A stretch of DNA of 64,000 nt, taken from assembly GCA_025786725.1 (NCBI GenBank), contig JAHLTZ010000043.1:108966-172965 (forward strand), written 5' to 3'. Shown one piece after another: positions 36,626 through 49,032 of this stretch. This DNA is from Syncephalis fuscata S228. Taxonomy: Eukaryota > Fungi > Zoopagomycota. How positions within the stretch are numbered: the stretch's first letter is position 1; each line of letters begins with the position of its first letter. The translations under genes and the position numbers were made by a program. A model generated the notes under the pieces. That model was given only the letters and a program-made list of their open reading frames with translations. It made no database searches and was not told where the DNA came from.

Positions 36626-37444
36626 ATTTGGTATAGCTGAAGTTGATAGAAACGCTGTTTAAATTGTATGGTGATATTGTACGCTAAACAAATGTGTTGT
36701 AAAATTAGATAATTATAACAAAAAGATCAGGGCTAGGGCCTTTTGCAAAACTTTAGCCACAAATCCAATTATTTATACCAAAACTCTGGTGCATTTCAAA
36801 CGCAGCATACTTGACTCAAATTAATACTATATAATTGCATTGTTACGGTTCTGGAACCCGAGTCTGTGGACTAATAATCGAGTAGCACTTTGTCCTTATG
36901 TTAGTTTATAATTTAACCGATTTCTATTGTTAGAATCTATTTTAAGTTCGTAAATTTGGTTATTGTAGTTTCTATTGGTCAATAACCATCACAATTCAAC
37001 TATCATAAGCTTTATATTGATGACGAGTAATATAATAATAGAGCCACAGTATGTACGTCATTAGTGTCCTTGCAATAGCTACAATGCTTTAGCTTAACTC
37101 TTCGCACGTCTATATATACCTTATCAATGTTGTTTTACGCTGTACTTATGATCTGCATAATAAAGTAATATGTGATCAGTCCTGTGGTTTTTATTTTGGG
37201 CAATTCAAACAAAAAATAATGCTAATATTAACACTTATGCTATTACTAATGCAGCAATATCAAGCAACAATAATCCAATATTCAATAATATAAATATTAG
37301 TGTTATATGGATAGCTACTAAATAAATCTAAATAATTAGTTATAATTATAATCATTTTTGTACTAAATATATCATATTATTTTGCCAAGGTACTAATATT
37401 TAATCAATTTTTCTAATAAATAACATCATTACTATTTAACTAAA

Positions 37445-39463
37445 CTAGACACGGTGCGGCTGCACTATTAGTTGTCCACCTTTTGGTGTTAATGTGGCCC
37501 CATAGATTGGAGTCATGTCATTGTCTGGTGACTTTGTAAATGTAAAGTGTCGAACAAGCTCTGCCAATGTCAACCGAAGTTCCACCCATGCTAGACTATT
37601 GTGCATATGTTAGTAATGTGTATGCCATAAATATTTATACAGCCTACCTACGACCCAAACAAGCACGAGGACCGACAATAAACGGAATAAAGCATTGTTT
37701 CATTTTTTTCAATTGCTGAGGCGATGAGTCAATCCAACGCTCAGGCTTAAAACTAAGCGGGTCTGGGAATATGTCCTTATTTCGATGCAGAGTAATAATG
37801 GATATTAACACCGTGGTCTAAACTAAATTAGTTAAAAGGCCACAAGCACTCAGCAATACTTACTCCACCCGGAATAAAATATTCACCAAGCATAGCTCCC
37901 TCTCTTGGTATGTCGCGCACTGTGCCGTGTGGTACGGCTGGATTTATACGCATTGACTCATGAAGTACCGCATTCAAATAAGGTAGTGAATGAATCTTAT
38001 CGTGGGTAATCTTGACATTAGGATCTGGATAGACGCTCTTAATCTCGTCGGAAAGTTTTCAAGCACACTTCGGATGATCTATCAAGAAATTCAATAGCCT
38101 ATACAATTGTTAATACATGCTAAATCTATCGATTGTTTAGTGCATACCATACAAATGTGTTGGCAGTGGTATCCGTTCCAGCTACCCTATAAAAGTGATT
38201 AAATCAAATAATAGTAAAATGAGGTAGTGTTTACATACATTAACAAAATAGCCTGAGCTACAATCTGATCATCGGAGAATGTAGCACCTGTTTCTTCATC
38301 CACAGCATTGATTAGTTGCTGTAGTGTGTCGTTTCTTTGATTGCTTTTGTCATTACGTCGCTTTTTTACTGCTGCTTTTGCAAACTATCCATATGTGTAT
38401 AAGTATTATAATAAAAGTGTCCAATATTACATACATCTACTAATTCATTAACATTTCGAATTAATCCAGGGAAATTTTTTGGATGAAAGGCTTTTCCAAA
38501 TGTGATTTTCTAATCAATTATTAGCATATTTCTAAATTTAGATAGTCATTTACCTTAACAGCCAGTTCAAATGCGTTATGTATCCAGTCTACTATTGCAT
38601 GACCCTCTTCTGTATTTTCCAGCAAACCAAACGATTCGCCAAAGCTAACCTCTCCAATAATATCCTACAAACTCATAAATTATTTATACTTCATTACTGC
38701 GGTACTTACGAAAGCAAGGTTTTTAAATAACTTTGCCATATCCACAGTTTCACCAACATCAGCGTGGTGGCGAAGTCGCGCAACAAGTCGTGCGACACCA
38801 GAATCATAAATAATTGGTTCGAGATCTTTCAATGCGGTAGGCATAAAAGCAGTCAGCATTAGACGTTTCTATTATTTCTGTTAGATAGTGTCACCATATT
38901 AAAACATAATAACTGACCATAATTCGAAAGTTTTTGGCATTTCTTAAGAAACTAGTAGTATTAGTACAACAGATAAAAATTAACACTATCTTACCTAATA
39001 CTAAGCAGATTTTGGCCACCCCATTCAAAAGCGTCATAAGCGGCGTTTTTAGTATATTTGTGCGAGCCATTATCTTCTGAATCATAGCAGAATCGGATAT
39101 CCAGATTCTATTGGATCCTAATATAACAATAATGGTTAGCTGCGGTAAGTCTATTTTGCTACTATCATAACATATTACTTACCTGCACGTACAATAGGCC
39201 CGTAATCGCTGAATATCTGCGCAATATCCTTACGCTCGGGGTCAAATACCATATTATAGGCTATTTTGAATTTTCCAAGAAATGCTAAACGTGGTCCAGG
39301 AACTTTTGAAAGTGGGCTAAAATACTCACTTTCAATTATCTGCGCTGACCTATTAATTATCTAGCTCGCTAACTTTAATTGACCAACCTTGTAGCGTATA
39401 TAAATGGTGACTACCATTAATCCCACCTCCCAGAAAGGACAGCCGATAGTAAGAATAAAGCAT
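37445..39463 (-). pseudogene. Cytochrome P450, full length but disrupted (pseudogene or error-laden gene)
   Basis: FSPLSKVPGP, AGTDTT, HESMR, KPERW and FIPFIVGPRACLGR. In-frame TGA at 38059-38061, frameshifts in exon 1 (~39445) and near 39038, and ATA where the paralog has ATG. Confidence 0.75.
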
Positions 39464-40129
39464 AGCTGGTATATTGTTAGTTTCCAAATAACAATTTTAC
39501 TTGAAACAAGTAGTGGCAATGGTAATAGGCTGCAATGTTAAAACTGAATCTTGAATAGCACTTAGTGATTGTTTCCGTGTTTATTCTTTTAAATAGTGTT
39601 TTGTATAATTCACCTCAAGTTTCGACCATTGCTGATGTGCGCATTGATATATTCACAAATGATTATTGTTTTGATGCTAATGTAGTATAGGCCTGTTATC
39701 TAAGCAATGCATATTTGCTCGTGGATATATTAGTTTGTTTGAATTCATTGCTGTATAGGTGATTGCTCAAATTCTATGTGCTACCATGCCGTTTTATTCT
39801 TTATGTTTAACTATCTCTTGAGTAACGTGTATAGCAGTACCCGTATATAAAGTTGTTACACCAAATTCATACATTCACGTTTGGCTATCATTAAGACTGT
39901 TTTTGCGCAAAATTTACATAGCAAGCTATGTGGTAAAGCCCCAAGCACTATTAGTATAGTGTTTATTGTAGCATCTAATATTAATACGACATACTGTTTT
40001 AATACAATAATTCAATTGATATAGGTATATATTTATTAATATTTGGCAATTTTGTTTAATAGTTAGCACCAGTTATCTATTTTTGTAATATAAATTATTA
40101 ATAAAAAAGGCCATTTCAACATGAAACAG

Positions 40130-43100
40130 TTAGCGGCGTGTTTGCAAGTGTGTCGATGTGGCTGCTGATGGGTCTATTCCCGCTAGACGCCTTAGTATCT
40201 CCCAATGATCCTTAAGCGTTTCTCTATAGAAAAATATAAATAAACTTAGTAAAACCAGACTTGGCAATGTGTAATCAACCATACTGTTGCTTACCGTGAT
40301 TTAGATGTATGCGAAAACTATTGACAAGTATTAATGCGTGACTTGGCTGTGTTTGTAATTTTATTACTTACCGGAAGTTCCTTTGCTGAAAGGATGGCCT
40401 CGCCTGTGAGAATACAGTTGGCCGTATGACGAGAGAAGTAATGGCTAATAATGCGATGCCAAAGGGTCAGAAAGTTAATTACCAAGACACCGTATGATAT
40501 TGGTGAATTCTACTGAATTGATTAGTATTTTATATAGCTTATATTTGGTTTGTATACTACCTTCAAGTACATGTAGGTGGTACTGACAGCCGACCTATGT
40601 AAACGGCGAGATGGCTTAGACATCAGAGGACGGTCTTCTTCTATCGGTTCCTGTCCAGCACGTGTATTGGCAGTAGTGTCGTGGCAGTTACAGTTATTGC
40701 CAACTATAGCATAGCCTTCATCGGTTGTACTGTCACGTTCACGACGAAAACTAGCAAATACTTTACCAAACGAGTGTGAAGGAGTGGCAAATCTATTGAT
40801 TGAACACAATTCAACCTGCAATCCACCTAGTACAATTTGTCTATAATTAATACTAGTTTTGCACATAATAATAACAGTAGTAGTAACTTACCGGGAAGAC
40901 GTGCTGGATCTTTAACACGTAGCATAACGAGGAAAAGCGGAAAGTGATTAAACAGTGCTAATAATAGCTCACACACTGCTCGAAATCCCATAACAATAAT
41001 ACGACTCTAATAGGCATTATTTTATAACTATCCATCTATCTACGTTTAATTACTACTTACGGCGCAAAATGTTGCATAGTAAACTGCTACTGTAGGAAAT
41101 AGAAAAGCCAAAAGTGTAAACAAAAATGTTCCAATCAACAGCTGATCCAGATCGTAGTTGTGTGAATCAATACGGTGTCGAAGTACATTCCGTTTCTTGC
41201 CACGGAATAGATTAAATAAAGATTGTAGAATCATTAATTGCCAGTGATAAATACGTGCTGCTCCCACATAGAACCAATAGACATGTAGTGTTAGCAATGA
41301 CAGTATATCCGTGGCCAGTGACACCATCATAGAACCGCCTACAATACCAATGGCCCCAATGACTGCAACAACACTGGGCAGTGTAGGCTTGACCGCAAGT
41401 AATACCTCTAATTAATCGCCAATTATTAGCAAATAAACCAATATAATTACTATTTTTATTACCAGACCAAATACGTAACATCCATAGAAACATATCACCA
41501 AGAAAATGATCAAGATCGCTGTTTAGTTTCAATCCAGCCGGCCATCCTTTTAGCCATTCAATTGTTGTATCAATGGTGCTAATAGAATATTTCTACTACA
41601 ATAATCAGCTCAATTAGTGATAGCGAGACTGAACCCACCTCAAGCGCATCGCCCCATAACTGGCCAATAATCTGTGAATTCTGTAGTAGAAATGAGCCTA
41701 ATGCCAATCCAAATATAATATCATTGGCCACTAGCCATACACCATTATAAAATCTATAATAAACCATTGTTATTTGAGTAATATAGGCTATTATGGGTCT
41801 ATTTACCTAATATACGCTGCATGGTCCAAGTAGGGCGAATTGCGGTCACGAGAAATAGAAAGCATTGCACCAGGCCATGAACTAAATAGCCGCAAACGTA
41901 AATCAATCTGACGCACTATAATAGCCTGATTAGATAGCTGAATCAATACTATTGTAACGTACCTGTAATTGATAAATCTCTTAAGCAAGGCCATCCAGGT
42001 TGAGGCCGCCAAGCAATAATCATTAAAATAAATTCAGTAAGAATACGGAACTGAAATGCAGCTAGTGCCAATACATAGGCCACCATCTTCCATAATGGAT
42101 ATACACGCTCGAGCGCTTTTCTAATTGGGACACTTAATCGCTTCATATTCAGCCCAACAATATGCTGTATCGTCTTTAGTGCCCGTGTTAAATTATTATG
42201 TGGTTCCGCAATCGAACAGGGTAAGCCACGCTGAATCAATTCAGTCTCAAATCGATCCGCCACATTCATCTGTAGAGCAGCTCGAGTATTAGTAAGTGGT
42301 TAGGCTTAAATAAATCGGCCATTACCTGGTTAAGCACCGCTTCTAGATCATTGACATTAGATGTGGCGGCGTTAACTACCGATGGACGGCGGCCATGGAG
42401 CGATAGTTTCTGTGCTTGCTTTCGCCGCTTATGAGTCGGTTCCGTCTTGACCGAATCATTTGGTCCAACCGATGTACTTAGACTAGTTAACGACGATGTA
42501 TAGGCTAGTCGTTGCATACGCTGGTAATTAGGACGATCATACAATATAATCTCTGAACAGACATTATGAAATCGTAGACCACAACAATGCACCGATCTAA
42601 TCATCACTAGTATTATACAAAAGCTTATTAACCAGTAAATAACCTACCGTAAAGTAGGCAAATGTTGTCGTGTCATATGTACAGTAATCCATAAATTGGC
42701 ATTTTGTTGAAACTTTAATGTTTCTATCATTACAATTAATTAGATAGCCAACTAACTAAATAACCAATAAGCTATTCAATATATATATTATTTACCATTA
42801 GAAGTAAAGCGTTTATCAGTGGCCATATCTTGCTGTTGTTGTTGACTTGTGCAAATACCCAGAATGACTGGTGATACACCACAACGTGCATTCATTTCTA
42901 CAATCGCCATATTTGTTGAATAAGCAATCGTATCTAGAACTCGTTCCACCTCTGATATCTATTAACAGTGTATATCTATTAATTAAGTAATTAATTGATT
43001 TACATTGATCATTACTTTACCTGTGTTTCGGGTACAATTGTTGCTACACATGCCGTGAAACTACGCACATTCCAACCGATAAGAAATCCTGATTGAATAC

Positions 43101-43158
43101 CTTGGGCACACAAATGGGCTGGCCAATAAATCTTTGATACCGCTTCACCGGCTGACAT
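40130..43158 (-). CDS. GPI1: GPI-GlcNAc transferase subunit Gpi1/PIG-Q
   Basis: KIYWP...GFLIGWN start; VWLVANDIIFG, WLKGWPAGLKLNSDLDHFLG, SLFNLFRGKKRNVLRHRIDSHNYDLDQLLIGT, LFNHFPLF. Confidence 0.93.
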
Positions 43159-43194
43159 CTTTCTTTATACGGTTATACCAACCAATACCACCTA

Positions 43195-43667
43195 TTAGAA
43201 GCTACCACGACGGCGTAATTGTTCACGGGCCGATGAACGATACGTGTAGTCGACGTCGTTCTAACAAATAGTATACAATGTATTAGATACTGACCCATTA
43301 TTATATACGCTCTATTGCTTCTAATATGTAGCCATTGTAGCTACATTGATTCAACTTACGCGTTCAGCTTGAATACCAGCCACGTGCCAAGCAGGCAAGA
43401 ATATAATAGCAAATACTGCAGAAAGCCCCAGAAATGCCTGAATAATAACCGTCTGTGTATTAAAGTGTTCATTTATTCATTCATTGTTACAATAATACTG
43501 GTCAGCGATAGTGTAGGTGATGGGCTATCTATTGCTAATAGGCCCACCTTATTATCTGCTGTAATTAAATCAGTTACTAAGAATTGAGCCCACGAGAGCA
43601 GAGAAGCCTGACTGCTAGCGTAGCCCACAAGAAAAGAGAAAAGTGCAACAACAGCGTGATTACTCAT
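43195..43667 (-). CDS. Small spliced membrane protein (~77-107 aa) directly upstream of GPI1
   Basis: ATG after a CT-rich tract; MSNHAVVALFSFLVGYASSQASLLSWAQFL.../AFLGLSAVFAIIFLPAWHVAGIQAER/NDVDYTYRSSAREQLRRRGSF*. Second intron GTAAGT...CTAAT...TTAG (43261-43359) preserves frame; first donor ambiguous. Confidence 0.5.
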
Positions 43668-43804
43668 GTAGAGAAAGAAAGAGAGGGAATTAGTTGTCTG
43701 ACAACTGAAAAACACAACTGCAAGTACGTAAAAAGATACACAATAGATTTATAGATTTTAATTAAAATAGTAATTCATAATAGATAATGCCATCTTTACA
43801 CCAA

Positions 43805-46800
43805 TCAACAATTATTTGATTGATTTAATTGACCTGTAAATGTTTGTCCTAATAATGACCGTAATTCATCAGTCACTGGATACAATGAGGCTACAGTGGT
43901 AGGTGATGCATTGACCCATTCATCTGATATACTAGATGGATCTAATGGATCTAGTGGATCTAATGATCTTTGTTGTTGTTTATGTCTACTAGATAATACA
44001 CCTCCTTGTTCATCTAGTACACTAACTGCTCGTTGGAAGCGTAGATATAACAACTCGGCTCGACATAGAGTCTCATCTAAATTGATAGTCATTGATAAAT
44101 CATTGACATACTAATAGCAGTAAATAACAATAGTACAAATGATTAACCCACGAATCATCTAATTAACCACCTAATCTTACTTTAAGAATCTCGTCAAATC
44201 GTTTTAGATGATCCATAATAACCGTATCATGTTGGTCAAGAATAGCTAATGCTATGAAAATAGGGAATTCACTTGAATAGTGATCAGTCCATAATACCTA
44301 GAATAGACGTGGATTACAAATAGTCAATCAACACTTTTACAATATAGCTAGATGATGTAATTACCTCCCATAGCCGTTTACAATCTTGGAATTTCATTTC
44401 ACGTTTAAACCAAATTAAAAGCCATCGGAAACAAAAGAACAAATTCAGTGAGTCGGTGCGCTCTATTGTAATTATAATGAATATTCTAACTACCAATAAA
44501 CCATTAAACTAACCTAGATGTTGATAGAATCGTGGTTTCATAAATTGAATCAATTCTTTTAATGCTATTAACTGGTGACGCATGCCAACTTGATCTTCAG
44601 AAAAATTACGCTCCTAAATATCGTTATTTACAATGATTACTATAGTTACTAGTTATTCGTTCGGTAATATTACCATTCGATGCATAAAGGCCGTAAAGCA
44701 CCAAAAGGCCATTGATTCATCACGTAGAATTTCATACAATGGTGATATCAAATCACTCATTCCTTGAACGTAGCCTGTCAATGTCATTCGTCAATTATAC
44801 GTATATTTATAGATGTATTTGATTCATCCTATTACCATGTCCAACATTATAGTAATTATAGGTCATAAGAATGGAATGTAGGGCAATAAGATTTGTATTG
44901 CCTTCTAGAAACTGATTAGATCTAGTTGATGTGCGTTGATCGGCATAGATAGGCAGTTGACGATCAGTACGTAAAACATCCTTTTCTGTAAATCATTTTA
45001 TTAATCATCGTGCTAATAAGTCATTATACATTAAACTTACCAATACGATGTGATTGTTCAATATAATCGGCCATTGATTTTGCCTCAGATGTTTGCCATT
45101 TTTGTTTTAATTCATTATAAGTTTCACTAAATTAATCATTACTAAGCGTTGTTATTACAAGTGTCAATCAACTAACCTATTTTTCGTTTTTATATCCATT
45201 CTATCTACTTTTGAACTTTTCCAAGGAAATATGCCTAATAAAAAGGGCCATACTACAGATCGTATTTCCGGTTCTATTCCCTAAATTCACCATTAATATA
45301 GATAACTGACTATTTAATACTCGCTACTTACACCAGAGAATATAATACTTTTAATTCTTGACTCATCGATTACAAGTACACCGTGATTGTCCATCCATTC
45401 TTGCCATTGTTGTGCGGTAAGGGATGATAGTCGACGAACAGTAAATAGTGGCATATCGGTAATTGTCTATGTAAATATCCACTCTTATTAGTTCTACTAG
45501 CCTTCTCATTCCCATAACCCCTACATTTAATACTTCAAAGGCACCCAATTCAGTGTGTTCAACACGCCATGCGGTCATTTCAACTTGTTCACGTTGTTTG
45601 TCGCGTGACTTTGCCGATGCTTTTGCCTCTCCAGGTACATTCTCACGGTATTTACTTGCATCTGCTGCCCATTTGGCAAGGTAAACGGCCGCCGGTGAAT
45701 AATCATCGCATATGTCCTGTACAAGATTATCTTGATATTGCGACCAAATAGCTGGAGGTATAAATCTTTGTAATGGTGATAGCGTCATTATTCTTTCTAT
45801 AAACATTAAATGTCAATCTATATGCTATATAAATAACACCGCCTTATTACCTGCAGCAGTAATTGCTAAATGCGGTACTCTGGATAATCGCTCCATCGTT
45901 GACCATTGAATGTCTTTTAATGTCTATTCTGTTGTTAACGAGATATATGCTATGTTTTAGTTTAATTACATTTACTATATGGTTACCACCAATGCCTACA
46001 GGCCGTAACTCGCCATTGGCCAGTTGTTTCTTTTCTTCAATAATTTCTTTCTCTTCTAATCCAAATTCCAATTCGTCTTCTGCTGTTGGATCAACGATAA
46101 ATAGACGCGGATTACTAGGTGCTCTATGGTTCAATATAACTATTTGGTATACTTGTTATACTTGCTAAATAACAACTTACTGTACAAGTAATGTAAGACG
46201 ACTAATCCAACGAATGACATTCTCGCCATCCCATTGTATACCATTGTCAGTCGATTCTGCCTCATTTGTCAGTAATCCACGTTGTTCTTCACTCTGGCTT
46301 GTATTGTCCATTTCTGTCGACAAAGGTGTTGTTGATTCGACTAGGTTACGGCCTTCTCTATCATGAAACCATAGAAGAGGCCAAGTCGTCCCATCTCGTA
46401 GAATAACTACCATTGAGCCATGCCATTGAGATAGGCTAGGCGGACGCACTTTAATGCACCGAACTGCATCTAATCTACAACACATGCCGCTTTCATTGTC
46501 TCCTCGTTTTTTATCAATAGATGGCGATGAACCAGCTACTTCTTGATTATTCAAACTATGCTTTTGTTGTCATAGTCATCCGCCCAAGCAGGTAACAATG
46601 ATATTGAAATCATAGAGACATTTAATGGATCATCAAGTGAAGTATCAACCTGAATAAATGTATCCAATTCCTCCAAGGGAATAGCTATCTCTGGTACCCA
46701 TGCTATATAACGATCACCTAAATTCTAATCAATTAAGCGTATTTTAGTTTACTTGACAGCTATTTACAGCAATTACTAGCTTCATTTACTATTACCTTTT

Positions 46801-47059
46801 CAAATAGTGTTAAATAGCCACACTGCTCATCTCGGCCGTCTATTGCCCGATGAACATACACCTTACTTTTGCAGTGTAGCAATTGAACTTGGCTGTTTTT
46901 GTAAGACGATGCAATGGATGACTGTTAGTATATATATATATACGTGTAATACATTATAATTTGTCAAATAGTCAGTAAGTAGTACAGTTGCTGTGATCAC
47001 TAGGTACTTGCTTGCGACAAAGAACGCTCGGCAGGTGACGTAGGCACTGCTGTTGTCAT
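43805..47059 (-). CDS. GYP7: Rab GTPase-activating protein Gyp7/TBC1D15-like
   Basis: LLHCKSKVYVH start, VWPFLLGIFPW, IEKDVLRTDR, GYVQGMSDLISP, LFFCFRWLLIWFKRE, TLCRAELLY. Confidence 0.9.
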
Positions 47060-47393
47060 GATTAATAGATTGAGGCAATGAACAAAAAGAAAAGAAATGC
47101 TACTGTCTGTGTAGGCGTGTGTTTCAGTGGTTAAAGTGCCAAGTTTTAACGGCTCTCTTTATATCGTACATACAACACGCATAACAGTCACGAGATCATT
47201 GACGTCAACGTCAGGTTGAGTAAATAGGTCAGAAGTAGAACTGCTTTTAGAGCTGAAGTAGAAATGAAGAAAAAAACAAAAAAGCAATACGCGCGACGTT
47301 TTGTCTTCTTTTTATGCCAATCGGTTTTGGACCACCAACTATTATTTTTTATTGATTGATTGCACTAGTAGCCGCGACAATTAAACGAGCGAC

Positions 47394-47784
47394 ATGGACT
47401 TTAGCAATCTCAACGATGCGGAACGACGCCACATGGAACAGTTGGTGGAGCGCAAACAGGCAAGTAGCAAGTATGGATCATCGTGGCATGTTATTAAGAA
47501 CGGCTTTTGAACAATTAGATGAAGGACTTTGTACGCATGTACAGCAAGTTGGTCGAACGTTGCTTCGTCGACTGTGTTGATGACTTTACGTCTAAAGCAA
47601 TCAGTTCCAAGGAAGTAAGTGTAAAGACGATGAATGTACTGAAGAAGGAAAGCTAATAGTTATTGTCGTAATTGCTGTTGGCACGTAGAACACATGTCTT
47701 GATAGATGTATAACCAAATTCCTTCGTCTTTCAGAGCGAGTTGGTCAACAATTCTCTGAAGAAACTGCCAAATCAATGCAATAA
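47394..47784 (+). CDS. TIM9: Mitochondrial intermembrane chaperone Tim9
   Basis: [28 protein letters not shown]...[20 protein letters not shown] twin CX3C; first intron is GC-AG (47460-47518). Confidence 0.93.
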
Positions 47785-48032
47785 TAATCATTAAATATAT
47801 TTGATTGACTATAACTAGTGATGGACAGCTGTGTGTATTTATTTGAAGTGAATAGCAATAATTATGCTAGTTAGTGGTAGTACCGTTATTGATGATTATT
47901 ATATAAATAGTTTGAAGACATGTTTGAATGATTACGTACAGTGTATTTATTTGTCAAGATAACTAGGTAGTTGATCCTGATAATAACTGAATACCAGCAT
48001 GGTACAGAGGGCTGTAACAACTTTATGTTAAA

Positions 48033-49032
48033 TTAAATAGGTTCTACTCTTGTTTTAAGGGTGGCAATTTGTGAGATATGTTTTAGATATTCAGTTTTTG
48101 GCTGATTTGTACAGTCAGCCATGTTGCGCATAGTTTGGCAGTGATTAATTAAAATTGTTGATGTAAGTAGCCTAGGTGCCAATTAAATGTTAGCTATGGC
48201 AATATGGCGCGTTTGAAACTTACCAATCAGCAATATACGACAAGGTAGAAAGATTCCCACCAACTTCAAATAAAATAAGTGCTGCACAGACAATATTACA
48301 CGATGCGGCCAAACACATTGTTTGTATGCCGTCGCGACTAATGCGGTTCCATGCATTGGAACCAAAAAGCTTATACTGTTTATAGGCTACATGGCAAAAA
48401 ACACCAGATAGAAACATGTTGATTGGCGTAGTAACACCAAACCATAGCCATGGTAGATATGGCGGATAGTGATAAACACAGCCTTTCTTTTCTTCAATAG
48501 TGACTGGGCAAATGGTTAACACCAATATAAGATAACTTATTTGTGGCAGTGTAAAAGATAGGCCAACTAAAAGGACCCAACGTTGTCGCATAAGTATTAG
48601 ATAGGCTTTTTGTAGTAAAATAAAACAATTGCATATAACGGTTGATGTAACGCCGAACCCAGTGATCCAAACTAAAATTCGGCAATTTGCTCCATTTATA
48701 AATAGTGCAGATATAGTCAGTACGCAAAGAATAAGACCAATAACCGACGGTATTAAGCAGCACCATGGAGTCAAGGTGTTTCTACGTGCTATTATCATAC
48801 TCACGGCAATCTTGAAATTGCGCGCGAAAAGAAATAGCATCATAATTACGGCCATAGCTTGAAAGTATAACGCTTGTATTCGTGCACGCATCAGCTTCGC
48901 ATTATCGGGAAATTCCGTCATATACGTATGGATGCTCATTTCGCCCGATGGATGAAGCGGGATGCCCATGGCATAAGTGGCGTTCCTTTTCCATTCTGTT
49001 CCTAATGGGGTAAGATCATCATCGAATAACAT
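48033..49032 (-). CDS. Multi-pass (7TM/GPCR-like) orphan membrane protein
   Basis: 270-aa ORF with ~6-7 hydrophobic helices and Cys in predicted loops; intron at ~48173-48223 adds a final exon ending QIATLKTRVEPI*. Confidence 0.7.

Noticed and set aside
38059-38061. In-frame TGA in the P450 as a selenocysteine codon
   Set aside because: It is not at the heme Cys or any catalytic position, the gene has other lesions, and I saw no convincing SECIS downstream.
47200-47207. TGACGTCA (CRE/ATF) palindrome in the GYP7-TIM9 divergent promoter
   Set aside because: A single 8-mer can occur by chance in 64 kb; no supporting evidence.
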